The notes beneath the pieces were generated by a model. The model searched no databases. It was not told the origin of the DNA and worked only from the letters and a program-made list of their open reading frames with translations. A stretch of 64,000 bases of DNA from positions 4,932-68,931 of the forward strand of contig CAZYLT010000013.1 of the NCBI GenBank assembly GCA_964648855.1, read 5' to 3'. This document shows positions 29,566 to 38,802 of this stretch, piece by piece (position 1 is the first letter of the stretch; the number at the start of each line of letters is the position of its first letter). The position numbers were made by a program, and so were the translations under genes. Origin of the DNA: an uncultured archaeon (GTDB lineage Archaea > Asgardarchaeota > Thorarchaeia > Thorarchaeales > Thorarchaeaceae).

Positions 29566-30384
29566 GTGACTGAAATGCTCAGGCTAGCCGTAGGTCAGAT
29601 GGAACCCGTAGTTCATGACCAAGATGGCAATATGGAGAAAATGCGGGAACTGCTTTCATCTGCTGCAGAGGAAAATGTTGATGTCTTGGTTCTTCCAGAG
29701 CTTCTCAATTCAGGTTATTTCTTTGAGAATCAGGAAGAGGCTATTGAGATGTCTGAGGAGATTCCTAGTGGGCGATTTTCATCCGAGCTAAAGAAGTGGA
29801 GCAACAAGAATCGCATGGTTGTTGCGGGTATAGATGAGAAAACGGAAAAGGGACTCTATAATTCAGCAGCAGTCTTTGGGAATGGAAAACATCTTGCGAC
29901 ATATAGGAAAATCCATTTGTTCGATGCGGAAAAAATATGGTTTCTGCCAGGTAACCAAGTATCACCCATTATCGATTTCAAAGGTTATCGTTTTGGAGTC
30001 ATCATCTGTTATGACTGGGCATTTCCTGAATTATCGAGAATTCTTGCCTTAAACGGTGCTCAGGTTATTTTGCATCCAGCAAACCTTCTTCTGAGCTATT
30101 GTCCGCGGGCAATGATTACGCGTTCAATCGAAAATTGGATATTTACTGCAACGGCAAGCAGAATCGGAGTGGAACGGGGAACGAAATTCTTGGGATTCTC
30201 ACAAGTAACAGACCCAAGAGGGCATATCCTATTGCAAATGGATGCCAGTGAACATGGTGTTGCGTGGGTTGATGTTGACCCTGCCGTTGCTGATGAGAAG
30301 AAGATTACGAAGAGAAATAATGTCTTGAAGGACAGAAGGCCAGAGTTGTATGGGCCGCTGGCAGAGATATTCTCGAAAGAATAA
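29566..30384 (+). CDS. carbon-nitrogen hydrolase (nitrilase/amidase superfamily) protein
   Basis: E-K-C triad context (VLPELLNSGY; RKIHLF; GVIICYDWAFPE) typical of the CN-hydrolase fold. Confidence 0.8.
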   Translation: MTEMLRLAVGQMEPVVHDQDGNMEKMRELLSSAAEENVDVLVLPELLNSGYFFENQEEAIEMSEEIPSGRFSSELKKWSNKNRMVVAGIDEKTEKGLYNSAAVFGNGKHLATYRKIHLFDAEKIWFLPGNQVSPIIDFKGYRFGVIICYDWAFPELSRILALNGAQVILHPANLLLSYCPRAMITRSIENWIFTATASRIGVERGTKFLGFSQVTDPRGHILLQMDASEHGVAWVDVDPAVADEKKITKRNNVLKDRRPELYGPLAEIFSKE

Positions 30385-30464
30385 ATTCGATGAACAGAAT
30401 GGCTGGTCACCTTAGTTCCCTCAAAGCCCATGCAATCCAGGATGATGGTGAAGCAGATGGCCTG

Positions 30465-30728
30465 CTATATTGATACACAAGTTTCGGTGCTCTTGATTCC
30501 TGAAATCTCATGGATTTCAAAAACCACTCGGCGATAGTCTGATTTGTCTGGCAAATCAACATAGGCGATGACATCATACGGTCCTGTCACCAAGTGCACC
30601 ATTTCTACCTCATCGATTTCCTTGACCTTATCATATACTTGCTCAGCCTTTCCGGCCTCTACATGCATGAGAACCACAGCGGTAACCAATGAATTGACCC
30701 CCTCAAACTTTGCAGCTATACTATACAT
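30465..30728 (-). CDS. stand-alone Lrp/AsnC ligand-binding (RAM) domain protein
   Basis: 87 aa matching the C-terminal domain of Lrp regulators (VTAVVLMHVEAGKAEQVYDKV...VHLVTGPYDVIAYV). Confidence 0.55.
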   Translation of the reverse strand: MYSIAAKFEGVNSLVTAVVLMHVEAGKAEQVYDKVKEIDEVEMVHLVTGPYDVIAYVDLPDKSDYRRVVFEIHEISGIKSTETCVSI

Positions 30729-30780
30729 CCTTGTTTCAAAAAGATAGCTATTTCATTACTAGAGGGGTATTCAACTGAAG

Positions 30781-31770
30781 TTATGATCTTGATTTTATGA
30801 CCAGGATAACCAAAACTACTATGCTGAGAGAGCCTATAAGAAGAGAGATTTGTTCATAATCAATAAGATAACCATCCACAATTCCGCCATTATCTCCTCC
30901 AGGTCCGCTGCCGGACCCGCTAATGCCTATCACCGGGTCGTAGAACAGAGATTCGTTGCCAAAATGCTCGAAAGCCAGGTATATAGTTTGACCAGCACCC
31001 TCACTATCAGTATCTGGAGATGTGCCTTTCACTGAAATTGTTCTGTTACCTGAGTAAGCCATTTCTGCGTATTCCATGTATGCAGGGCCAAACGTGAATT
31101 GGTTCCCTTCTTGACTGAAGTTATTGGGCGCAATTAATCCCTGATCATCCTCGTGAGGACTCTGTGAAACTTCAAACTGAAATGCCAGTAGGGAGTCATC
31201 GTATATCCATTTCCATCCTGATAAGAAGATGCCGAATTTCAATTCATGTGGATTGCTTGCATTAATCTGGATGTGTATATCTATGGTAACCTCAAACTCC
31301 TGTTCTTGCGTCCCGATGGGATTTGTGGTAGTTGGTGGCGTTGTTGTGATTGTTGATAGAAACACTGCATTGGTTGAGAAATTGAATTCAAGTGATTTGA
31401 CGATTGAATTCTCCTCTATTGCATTAAACCCACTGAAGTTCCAATTGCTCATAGGCAATAGATACGGGACGCCCGCAATTCTGTCCTGGGAAGGATCGAA
31501 AGCTCCGTTTTCATTCAAGTCAAGCACTTCAATGAATTTCAAGAAGATAAGATGGAAGTCAGTAGTTGAACTCGTTGCGTTCCACCAATGGAAATGCGGA
31601 ACTTGGGAACTGGCTGTGACTTTTGCACCCATGGAATCTGTGGTCACAGTCGCGACCCCTGCGCCATAAGAGTATTCGATTCCTCCATTCTGGGCAGATG
31701 CCAGGGGAACTATTAGCAATGCAAGGGTCACTGAAACTCCAAGTAGAACCCTGAATTGATTTTGTTTCAT
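30781..31770 (-). CDS. secreted cell-surface protein, paralog A (signal peptide, many N-x-S/T sequons, C-terminal TM anchor with basic tail)
   Basis: Signal peptide MKQNQFRVLLGVSVTLALLIVPLASAQ; conserved QVPHFHWWNATS block; C-terminus LLIGSLSIVVLVILVIKSRS. Confidence 0.6.
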   Translation of the reverse strand: MKQNQFRVLLGVSVTLALLIVPLASAQNGGIEYSYGAGVATVTTDSMGAKVTASSQVPHFHWWNATSSTTDFHLIFLKFIEVLDLNENGAFDPSQDRIAGVPYLLPMSNWNFSGFNAIEENSIVKSLEFNFSTNAVFLSTITTTPPTTTNPIGTQEQEFEVTIDIHIQINASNPHELKFGIFLSGWKWIYDDSLLAFQFEVSQSPHEDDQGLIAPNNFSQEGNQFTFGPAYMEYAEMAYSGNRTISVKGTSPDTDSEGAGQTIYLAFEHFGNESLFYDPVIGISGSGSGPGGDNGGIVDGYLIDYEQISLLIGSLSIVVLVILVIKSRS

Positions 31771-31949
31771 CTCGACACCTCACTATTACATTCCCATTTT
31801 GCCCAATTGGGGAATTTTCAGTGATCCATATTTCATTATCTCTAATCCTTTTCCTGTACTGATGGTATTTCTTGTAGAGTTTTGCTCATTAAAGGTCTGT
31901 TGTTCCAAAGTCTTCAATTGAAGGATGGACAGGTACAATAAAATCATGG

Positions 31950-31978
31950 CGAGGTGGGAGCATGTACTCCGCACCTCG
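31950..31978 (-). terminator. hairpin CGAGGTG-(14 nt)-CACCTCG downstream of surface-protein paralog B
   Basis: 7-bp perfect stem immediately 3' of the 32018..33004 gene on the minus strand, followed by an AT-rich stretch. Confidence 0.3.
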
Positions 31979-32017
31979 TTGATAGCGAGTGCTATTGTAC
32001 CATTATCATATGCCCTT

Positions 32018-33004
32018 TCAGCGTCGCAGCTTGACTATTGCAACGACCACTACCACAACAACGATTCCTCCTCCAATTAGCAGGAGCTGGTTGGATTCCA
32101 TGATGCCATCAATTATGCCATCACCATCTCCACCATCGCTATCACCATTGGTTGATGATATGCCTAGGGTAGGATCGTATTCTAGGGTTTCTTCGCCAAA
32201 GTACTCAAATGCCAGATACACTGACTGTCCCTCTTCGTCACCAGTTCCTTCTCCAGAGGTACCGGCTACTTGAACAGGTGTGTCGCCAGCCTGAGCTTGT
32301 TCTGCATATTCCATGTATCCTTCACCGAACTGGAACTCATTACCTTCTTGTACGAACTCAGGAGGTTCATCGGTTCCATTATCCCCTTCGTGAGCACTCT
32401 CAGTGATAGTAAACTGAAAAACTAGAATGGAGTCATCATAGACCCAGTTCCAACCAGATATGATAAGATCAAATTTCATCTCATGCGGATTGGCTGTATC
32501 AATGTGCACGCGGATCTGAATAGTCACATCGAAATTGGTTGGTTGTTGACCAGGAGTGATTGTAGTCGTAGGTACTGGGAGAGTAAAGGTTTCTGTTGTG
32601 GTGAAGTTGAAGTGAATTTCAGTCACAACCGAGTCTTCTTCAACGGTTTCGAAACCGCTGAAGTTCCAGTTCCCTGACGGAAGTAAGTATGGTGCTCCAA
32701 CTAACTTATCAATTTCAGGATCAAATGCACCATCATTATCGGTGTCATTTGCCTCAAGCAGCTTGAGGAACATCACATGATAGTCGGTCTCGTTCGAAGT
32801 TGCATTCCACCAAATAAAATGAGGAACCTGATTATAGGCTGTGACCTTAACACCGATCTCCCCGGTTGTCAGGCTAGCCATCCCTTCATTATATTGGTAC
32901 TGTATTCCTTGCCCTTGCGCAGTCGCAACCGGCACTAATGCCAGTAGTGCAACTACCGCCAGAGCAGCTAAAATCTGTGTTTGTGTTGTGTTCATTCTGA
33001 CCAC
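32018..33004 (-). CDS. secreted cell-surface protein, paralog B (signal peptide, many N-x-S/T sequons, C-terminal TM anchor with basic tail)
   Basis: Clear paralogy with 30781..31770 along the whole length (QVPHFIWWNATS, GAPYLLPSGNWNFSGF, YMEYAE, SVYLAFEYFG); C-terminus GGIVVVVVVVAIVKLRR. Confidence 0.6.
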   Translation of the reverse strand: MVRMNTTQTQILAALAVVALLALVPVATAQGQGIQYQYNEGMASLTTGEIGVKVTAYNQVPHFIWWNATSNETDYHVMFLKLLEANDTDNDGAFDPEIDKLVGAPYLLPSGNWNFSGFETVEEDSVVTEIHFNFTTTETFTLPVPTTTITPGQQPTNFDVTIQIRVHIDTANPHEMKFDLIISGWNWVYDDSILVFQFTITESAHEGDNGTDEPPEFVQEGNEFQFGEGYMEYAEQAQAGDTPVQVAGTSGEGTGDEEGQSVYLAFEYFGEETLEYDPTLGISSTNGDSDGGDGDGIIDGIMESNQLLLIGGGIVVVVVVVAIVKLRR

Positions 33005-33119
33005 ACAAGATATTATCTAAAGCAAGTATATAATCTTTTCATTCGATATTTGTGGAAATGCGACTTCGAGAGTTGTCGAGGTGAATTGGAGAGTATTATT
33101 GATAGATTGAGCAATCAGC

Positions 33120-33950
33120 TCATGTTAAAATCGTTAGCAGGATGAGATTCACATTAGTGACAATCAATGTAACAATCCCTGCACGTATCGGTCGAACGCT
33201 TCGTGATCTAGCCAAGGCGATTGTGAGGATATATGAACTCCACGAAATTGCACCCACAAGAAAGAGGGTCAAAATCCATCCTGAGATTGCTTGGGAAACT
33301 ATCAAGAAATGAATTACCAAACCTGAGATGATATAGGGCAGAAACACAATTGGAAGCGACATAAACAGAGGAGGCGAGAAACCCCGATAACCAAGGATAA
33401 TTGATGAAATCGATTCAACTAATAAATAGGTAGAAACCCAAGCGAGAAGAGTTGCTAGGATGGTAACCCCCAAGTCAAAAGGCCCTTCGATAAAGAAGAG
33501 TCCAATGGGTAGTAGTCCAACAAGGTGAGCCAAGTAGCCATATCCCCCAAGAAATAGAAGGATATCCAGCCAAAATCGCCAAGGATCTGCCTGGATTCTC
33601 TTTATTATGGGCATCATTGCCAATATGCTTAGCACTGTTGGTCCGCGACTAGTCCTCTTCTCAATCCAATAGAAACTATCTTCTCCTTGTTCGAGTATAT
33701 CGTAAGCAGACCGCCCAATTTCTGTTAGTCTGTACTGCTTATCCTCACTACGTTTTACTAGGGGACTTTCTCCCTTTAGCAGCACATCAATATGAAAATA
33801 CAGAGTACCAGGCTCCAAATCAAGAATTTTCAGATCTGTATAGGACGCAGAGCCATGGCTTCCAATTAGAAGTATGATCTGTCGTCGAATATTGTGGGAA
33901 AGAGCATTGAACATGTCATCCAAGACAGATTTTTCATCCAATTTGCTCAT
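33120..33950 (-). CDS. membrane-bound transcriptional regulator (N-terminal ArsR-like winged HTH fused to polytopic membrane domain)
   Basis: wHTH SHNIRRQIILLIGSHGSASYTDLKILDLEPGTLYFHIDVLLKGESPLVKRSE...YRLTEIG, followed by ~6 TM helices. Confidence 0.5.
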   Translation of the reverse strand: MSKLDEKSVLDDMFNALSHNIRRQIILLIGSHGSASYTDLKILDLEPGTLYFHIDVLLKGESPLVKRSEDKQYRLTEIGRSAYDILEQGEDSFYWIEKRTSRGPTVLSILAMMPIIKRIQADPWRFWLDILLFLGGYGYLAHLVGLLPIGLFFIEGPFDLGVTILATLLAWVSTYLLVESISSIILGYRGFSPPLFMSLPIVFLPYIISGLVIHFLIVSQAISGWILTLFLVGAISWSSYILTIALARSRSVRPIRAGIVTLIVTNVNLILLTILT

Positions 33951-34079
33951 CTCCCATAGTTCATTCTATACCTCAGTAGACTGAGATTTCATAACTTAGC
34001 ACTTTTGGTTATAGGTCCTGAAAGTATCAATGTAGTGCCAGAGTATCCATTCATCTCTATTCTTGCTCCTTTTCCTTAT

Positions 34080-35186
34080 TCATCGAGAATGAGCTTGGAG
34101 TTCTTCAAACGGTGTATCCACAACCCACTGTCGACCAGTTTTCCAGTTGTTCTTCGACTCATTGTAGTTCTCTGGGTAGAACCAATACAAACACGAATGC
34201 CCTCCTACTGTATCCATGGTAAATACCTGTAGCCGGGGAAGAAGATGCCAGAGAGAGTAGAATAGATGATGTTCGTGAGATGGAGGCATGCGTCCCCATA
34301 GAATTACACCTCCTGATTTCAATAAATCAACTGATAACGGAAAGGGAGGAGCACTCTTGAAAGAAAAGGCATTGAAAAGCTTGTTTCTATTAACGTTGTC
34401 GGCTTCATCACAATAGAATAATTTCGTCGATACAATATCAAATTGCGACCTATCAATTTGTGCTCTCACTGACTCGATGTGGTTTTTCATGATGTCTATT
34501 ACTTTCCTACTCGTTGAACTCTGAGAGATAGAATATTTTTCTCGAAGATTCTTCTGACTGATTTTCGCATTTGATGTAAGATCCCGTAAAATCTTCAAGT
34601 CAATCATGCTGAATTCGCTGACTCTTCCCAAATGATTTGGTTCAATATCAGGCAGTTCATTAGGTGAAGATGTGATTTCCTTCGACCATGAGGTCCAATC
34701 ATATTGCCAAGACATCGTATCTGGTTGATAGTGGTCGAGATTTGTGACCGTGGTAGTTCTGTGGCCAGAACTTGGTTCGACGACCACGTTGTCACAGATA
34801 TCAATCTCCTTGAGTTTTGAGAGAAATTCTTTAAGATTGGCAACAGCAGATGCAGGAATATCAAACTGGGCAAAAATCCCAGGATAAGGCCCATATATAC
34901 GCGATCGATAATGAGTATAAGGGTGAATGTCGCACGCCTTTTCGAGTCGTTCGATTTGGCGTAAATCGCTAGCTAGGAAGAAGACGATGTATCGATTCAA
35001 ACCCAGGCTTGTCGGGTTGAATACAGCGATTGGGGCAGATAAGACACCTATATCTTTTAGGTGTTGCAGGTGTTTTTTTGCCGTTATCCAACTAGTTCCT
35101 GCTTTTTCAGCCAGCTCTCGTACGGACATAGTTGGAGCTAGCTCAATTAACTGGAGGAGTTTGATATCTAGCTCTGAGAGACCCAT
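34080..35186 (-). CDS. atypical double-HTH Lrp/AsnC-like regulator
   Basis: Two HTH_AsnC-like segments (LDIKLLQLIELAPTMSVRELAEKAGTSWITAKKHLQHLKDIGVL and IDLKILRDLTSNAKISQKNLREKYSISQSSTSRKVIDIM) in one 368-aa protein, plus a His/Trp-rich C-terminal domain. Confidence 0.45.
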   Translation of the reverse strand: MGLSELDIKLLQLIELAPTMSVRELAEKAGTSWITAKKHLQHLKDIGVLSAPIAVFNPTSLGLNRYIVFFLASDLRQIERLEKACDIHPYTHYRSRIYGPYPGIFAQFDIPASAVANLKEFLSKLKEIDICDNVVVEPSSGHRTTTVTNLDHYQPDTMSWQYDWTSWSKEITSSPNELPDIEPNHLGRVSEFSMIDLKILRDLTSNAKISQKNLREKYSISQSSTSRKVIDIMKNHIESVRAQIDRSQFDIVSTKLFYCDEADNVNRNKLFNAFSFKSAPPFPLSVDLLKSGGVILWGRMPPSHEHHLFYSLWHLLPRLQVFTMDTVGGHSCLYWFYPENYNESKNNWKTGRQWVVDTPFEELQAHSR

Positions 35187-35281
35187 TCTACATCACATAC
35201 GATTGATTGTACATTTTTGAATATCATTAGTAGTGTTCTTACCGCATTATGATTTTGGGGAGTATTCTATATCATAGAATC

Positions 35282-35776
35282 TCATTCACTGACAACCAAG
35301 AAGCCACATGGATCCGCATCTCCCGAGCCGCCCGGAGGGTCAAAGACATATTCCGCATATCCACATGCGATGCCACCTGTGTACGAAACAATTTCAACCG
35401 AGAATATGTAATCTCCTGATTCAGTTGCATGGTCAATGAAATACATCGTACAATGTAGAAGTTCTAAACGGGTGCTGATAACATAGGCGTAAGTATACTT
35501 AGTTCCTGAAGGCAGTGTCAAAGATGGATATACGTCGAGATTGTAACGCATCCCTCCATCCAACTCAATATCGAAGTACGCTACAACATCATCAGCATAG
35601 CCATCATCATCTGCATCAGTATAATTTGCATGAAGTATTGAGAGGCTCACAGACACCTGATTATTAGTGCTACTTATGGTTGTTGAAGATGCAAGAACTG
35701 ATGGAACTCCATTCACAATGCATAAAACCACCAAGAGAGCAAAGGACATACATACGGTTTTTCTAAATCGGGTCAT
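35282..35776 (-). CDS. small secreted protein (signal peptide; beta-rich)
   Basis: Signal peptide MTRFRKTVCMSFALLVVLCIVNGVPSVLASS; Asp/Tyr-rich mature region; unknown family. Confidence 0.45.
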   Translation of the reverse strand: MTRFRKTVCMSFALLVVLCIVNGVPSVLASSTTISSTNNQVSVSLSILHANYTDADDDGYADDVVAYFDIELDGGMRYNLDVYPSLTLPSGTKYTYAYVISTRLELLHCTMYFIDHATESGDYIFSVEIVSYTGGIACGYAEYVFDPPGGSGDADPCGFLVVSE

Positions 35777-35959
35777 AGAAATCAGACTCCTAAAGGAGAG
35801 ATTGAATATAAATTCTATGACAGTTTTCTAAAGATTTAACCCATAGGCAGATTTAGGCAATCATCTGATTTTAGTTGTGTCAAGGAGATCATGCCTTAAT
35901 TGATAAAAAGAAAAGGGGACGTGAGGAAAAACTCAGCGTCCCATGAGTTTGTATTGTAC

Positions 35960-37270
35960 TTACACAGTGTAGGAGTCCGTAGTTTCCACATTCAGGGTGG
36001 AGTCGTATGTGCAGTCTGTTTTCACTACGTCCACGACGGATACTGTATGGGTCCCAGCAGCCACATCATTTTGAGTGAAGGTAGCCACTCCGTTGGAGTC
36101 GGTGGTTGCCATCAGTGTGACCATACTGCCATCAGGATGTGTCCAGTCGATTTTAACATCAGCATTTGACACAGCATTTCCATTTGTGTCAACAATTGTA
36201 ACAAAGCAGTGAAGGTCCGTTCGCGGAAATCGTCCACGAATTATGTCTTCATCCCAGGATATATCCTGAACATATATTGTTGACGCTGAACCATCCCCAT
36301 CTCCACTATCGCCTGTAACACCAGCTTCAGTAGAGGCGTGATAAATCATCTTGCCAATTGAGGTAGCGCCTAGCTGCATAACCTCCACATTCCAAGAATA
36401 GAGCCTGTCAGTGGTTCCTTCTACTGTAATACCGTGGTGGGTTGTACAGATTTTGTTATCGAAACCATAGACGATTTCTTCTAGCACTTCTTGGTAATGG
36501 TCGCCAACATCTTGCCCCTCATACCCACTGGTCCGTCCATCTCGGTCGGATCCCATATTAGCGTATTGAGCACACCATAGTGCCTCATCGTGAGCAGAAT
36601 TATTGACAAAACTGATTGTGATGTCTGGACGGATAGCATTGAATTCGTATTCGTAAGCCTCATACGCGCGCGTGGTTGATTTCTCATGGCAGCTATGATA
36701 GCTCATTCGATAACTATAGCTTCCTACTCTTCCACTGTAGGTCTCATGCTCCTTCCCAGTATCGGTTGCATCATCATCAGTATGCATGGGATTAGAGATA
36801 TCTGCCAGATAATGTGCAAGGAGTCCCATGGATTTTCGAGCATCCGAAGCGTACGAGGAACCACTTACCTCACCCTCATTCACCCAATACGTCAGATTCC
36901 CCACTACCCAATCATAACACGTCTGGATTGCTTCTGGAGCCCCTCTATCGGGGGGTCCCCCTCTATAACCGTAGTCTCCAAAATCATAATTGTGGTTTGA
37001 CCAGTCCTGATATTCCATATCAGGCACCTCGGTCCAGTAGAGATACTCCGCCATGTCTTCTTCTAACCAAGTTACCAGATTAGGATAGTCCTGCTTCACG
37101 TAGACCATTCCATATTTAGCAAATTGGTCATGTGTTCCATATTCCGGGTCGTCTTGTGTTCTGCTTGCTCCTCCATTGCTCCAAGCTTGGGCATTAATAA
37201 CCCCAAATGCAAGGGGAATTAGCAACACACACAAGAATAGACCTAGAACAAACCTGTTTCCAGTGTTCAT
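35960..37270 (-). CDS. secreted zinc-dependent phospholipase C / S1-P1 nuclease superfamily protein with C-terminal Ig-like domain
   Basis: After predicted cleavage at AQA the mature N-terminus is Trp (W-SNGG...GTHDQ), as in zinc PLC/P1 nuclease. AHYLADISNPMHTDD matches the PLC HYLGDxxQPMH zinc site. Start set to ATG 37270, preceded by GGGAGG; the ORF track extends to 37309. Confidence 0.65.
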   Translation of the reverse strand: MNTGNRFVLGLFLCVLLIPLAFGVINAQAWSNGGASRTQDDPEYGTHDQFAKYGMVYVKQDYPNLVTWLEEDMAEYLYWTEVPDMEYQDWSNHNYDFGDYGYRGGPPDRGAPEAIQTCYDWVVGNLTYWVNEGEVSGSSYASDARKSMGLLAHYLADISNPMHTDDDATDTGKEHETYSGRVGSYSYRMSYHSCHEKSTTRAYEAYEYEFNAIRPDITISFVNNSAHDEALWCAQYANMGSDRDGRTSGYEGQDVGDHYQEVLEEIVYGFDNKICTTHHGITVEGTTDRLYSWNVEVMQLGATSIGKMIYHASTEAGVTGDSGDGDGSASTIYVQDISWDEDIIRGRFPRTDLHCFVTIVDTNGNAVSNADVKIDWTHPDGSMVTLMATTDSNGVATFTQNDVAAGTHTVSVVDVVKTDCTYDSTLNVETTDSYTV

Positions 37271-37289
37271 TTTTTCATCCTCCCGTACG

Positions 37290-37303
37290 CGAATTTGAAT
37301 TCG
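37290..37303. promoter_or_regulatory. 14-bp palindrome CGAATT-TG-AATTCG upstream of PLC-like gene start
   Basis: Perfect 6-bp arms around a 2-nt spacer located 20-33 bp upstream of the preferred ATG 37270. Confidence 0.2.
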
Positions 37304-37511
37304 GGTCAAGTAATGACTCCATCAATTCCAACTTAATAGTGTACCCGTCGGTTGTATGTTCGGTAATATGAACGCGCCCAGTCCAGTCTTTGGGTATAGT
37401 ATATACATCATTATATAAAGGAGTTAATAAAAAACCCAAAATATATTAGATGCCGAATGAGCAACTGGACAATCTGATTTGATTAATCGGATAGTTATAC
37501 AGGTGAAAAGA

Positions 37512-38552
37512 ATGAAAAAGAGGTTCTTCGCGGGAACGGTAATCATCTTCTTAGTTGTGGCCATCATGCCCGTTGCCACTTATGCAGTGGCGGTAGCTGA
37601 TGATGGATTCACAATCTTCCCTGGCCCACCAAGCTGGATTGGTGGCGGGGATGATACCACATATGATTGGGAGGATGATGATCCTGAAACCCCGTGGGGC
37701 ATTGAACGAGTTTTCAATGGAAACTATGATGGAGATCAATATACTGCTTCAGTGCAGGTAGCCATCCTCGACACTGGCATTGACCTAGATCATCCAGACC
37801 TGCAACCCAATATTGTCTGGTGGGCGGATGCGACGGGGAGAGGGGATGCAGATGACAAGCATGGACATGGAACGCATTGCGCTGGGACCGTTGGTGCCAT
37901 TCGTGACAACAATGGAGTAGTGGGAATGTATGCAAACGTTGACTTCTATGCAATCAAAGTCCTTGGCAACGGCGGTAGCGGAGATTGGGCAGACCTGAGC
38001 TATGGTATATATTTAGCCAGTCAAGGACCAGATGGCGTTGAAGGTACTGACGATGATGCTGACGTGATAAGCATGAGCTTAGGTGGCTCTTCTGCTCCAG
38101 AAGAGGTTCATGATGCCATTATACACGCATACAATCTTGGAATTGTATTGGTAGCTGCGGCTGGTAACGACGGAGATGGAGATCCGTCAACCGAGGAGAT
38201 TTCATATCCAGCTGCCTATGCCGAGGTAATTGCAGTGGGTGCCACAGAAAAGGATGACAGTGTTGCCTCCTTCTCTAATACTGGATCCTATCTCGAGGTT
38301 GCTGCACCCGGTGTGAGTATCTACAGCACATACAAGAATGGTGGCTATGACACATTGTCAGGCACCTCAATGGCATGTCCGCATGTTGCTGGACTTATCG
38401 CGCTAATCATTGCGATAAATGGCAAGATGCCCGTAGGAACATTTGATGATACCAGTGATACCACAATCCGAGGGTACCTGCATAGTACAGCTCTCGATTT
38501 AGGACCAAGTGGCTGGGATCCAGCCTATGGTTACGGTTTGATTCAAAGATAG
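37512..38552 (+). CDS. secreted subtilisin-like serine protease (peptidase S8)
   Basis: Catalytic triad motifs AILDTGIDLDHPDL, HGHGTHCAGTVGA, GTSMACPHVAGL; signal peptide; start at ATG 37512 after GGTGA. Confidence 0.9.
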   Translation: MKKRFFAGTVIIFLVVAIMPVATYAVAVADDGFTIFPGPPSWIGGGDDTTYDWEDDDPETPWGIERVFNGNYDGDQYTASVQVAILDTGIDLDHPDLQPNIVWWADATGRGDADDKHGHGTHCAGTVGAIRDNNGVVGMYANVDFYAIKVLGNGGSGDWADLSYGIYLASQGPDGVEGTDDDADVISMSLGGSSAPEEVHDAIIHAYNLGIVLVAAAGNDGDGDPSTEEISYPAAYAEVIAVGATEKDDSVASFSNTGSYLEVAAPGVSIYSTYKNGGYDTLSGTSMACPHVAGLIALIIAINGKMPVGTFDDTSDTTIRGYLHSTALDLGPSGWDPAYGYGLIQR

Positions 38553-38573
38553 GTTTCCTAATCCGTACCAATG

Positions 38574-38624
38574 GCACAAGCTGACAGAGCGCGGTATGTT
38601 TTTGCTTGTGCCTTTTTTCTTTTA
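38574..38624 (+). terminator. stem-loop (GGCACAAGC...GCTTGTGCC) followed by TTTTTTCTTTT
   Basis: 9-bp perfect inverted repeat with 21-nt loop followed by T-tract, 20 bp downstream of the subtilisin stop. Confidence 0.55.
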
Positions 38625-38802
38625 CTCTTAAGAGTAACAGATTCAATTAGTTCACAGAGTAATCGTTTGTTTCCCATGCTATGAGAGGACAAACCTCAGC
38701 TTAAACGCCAGCGGTGCATATCTTGTTAAGTCCTATAAAAAACCCATTTCAGGATTGATGCATTAGGTTAAAATAGTGGATGCGTAGCTATAATTTTCAA
38801 AG

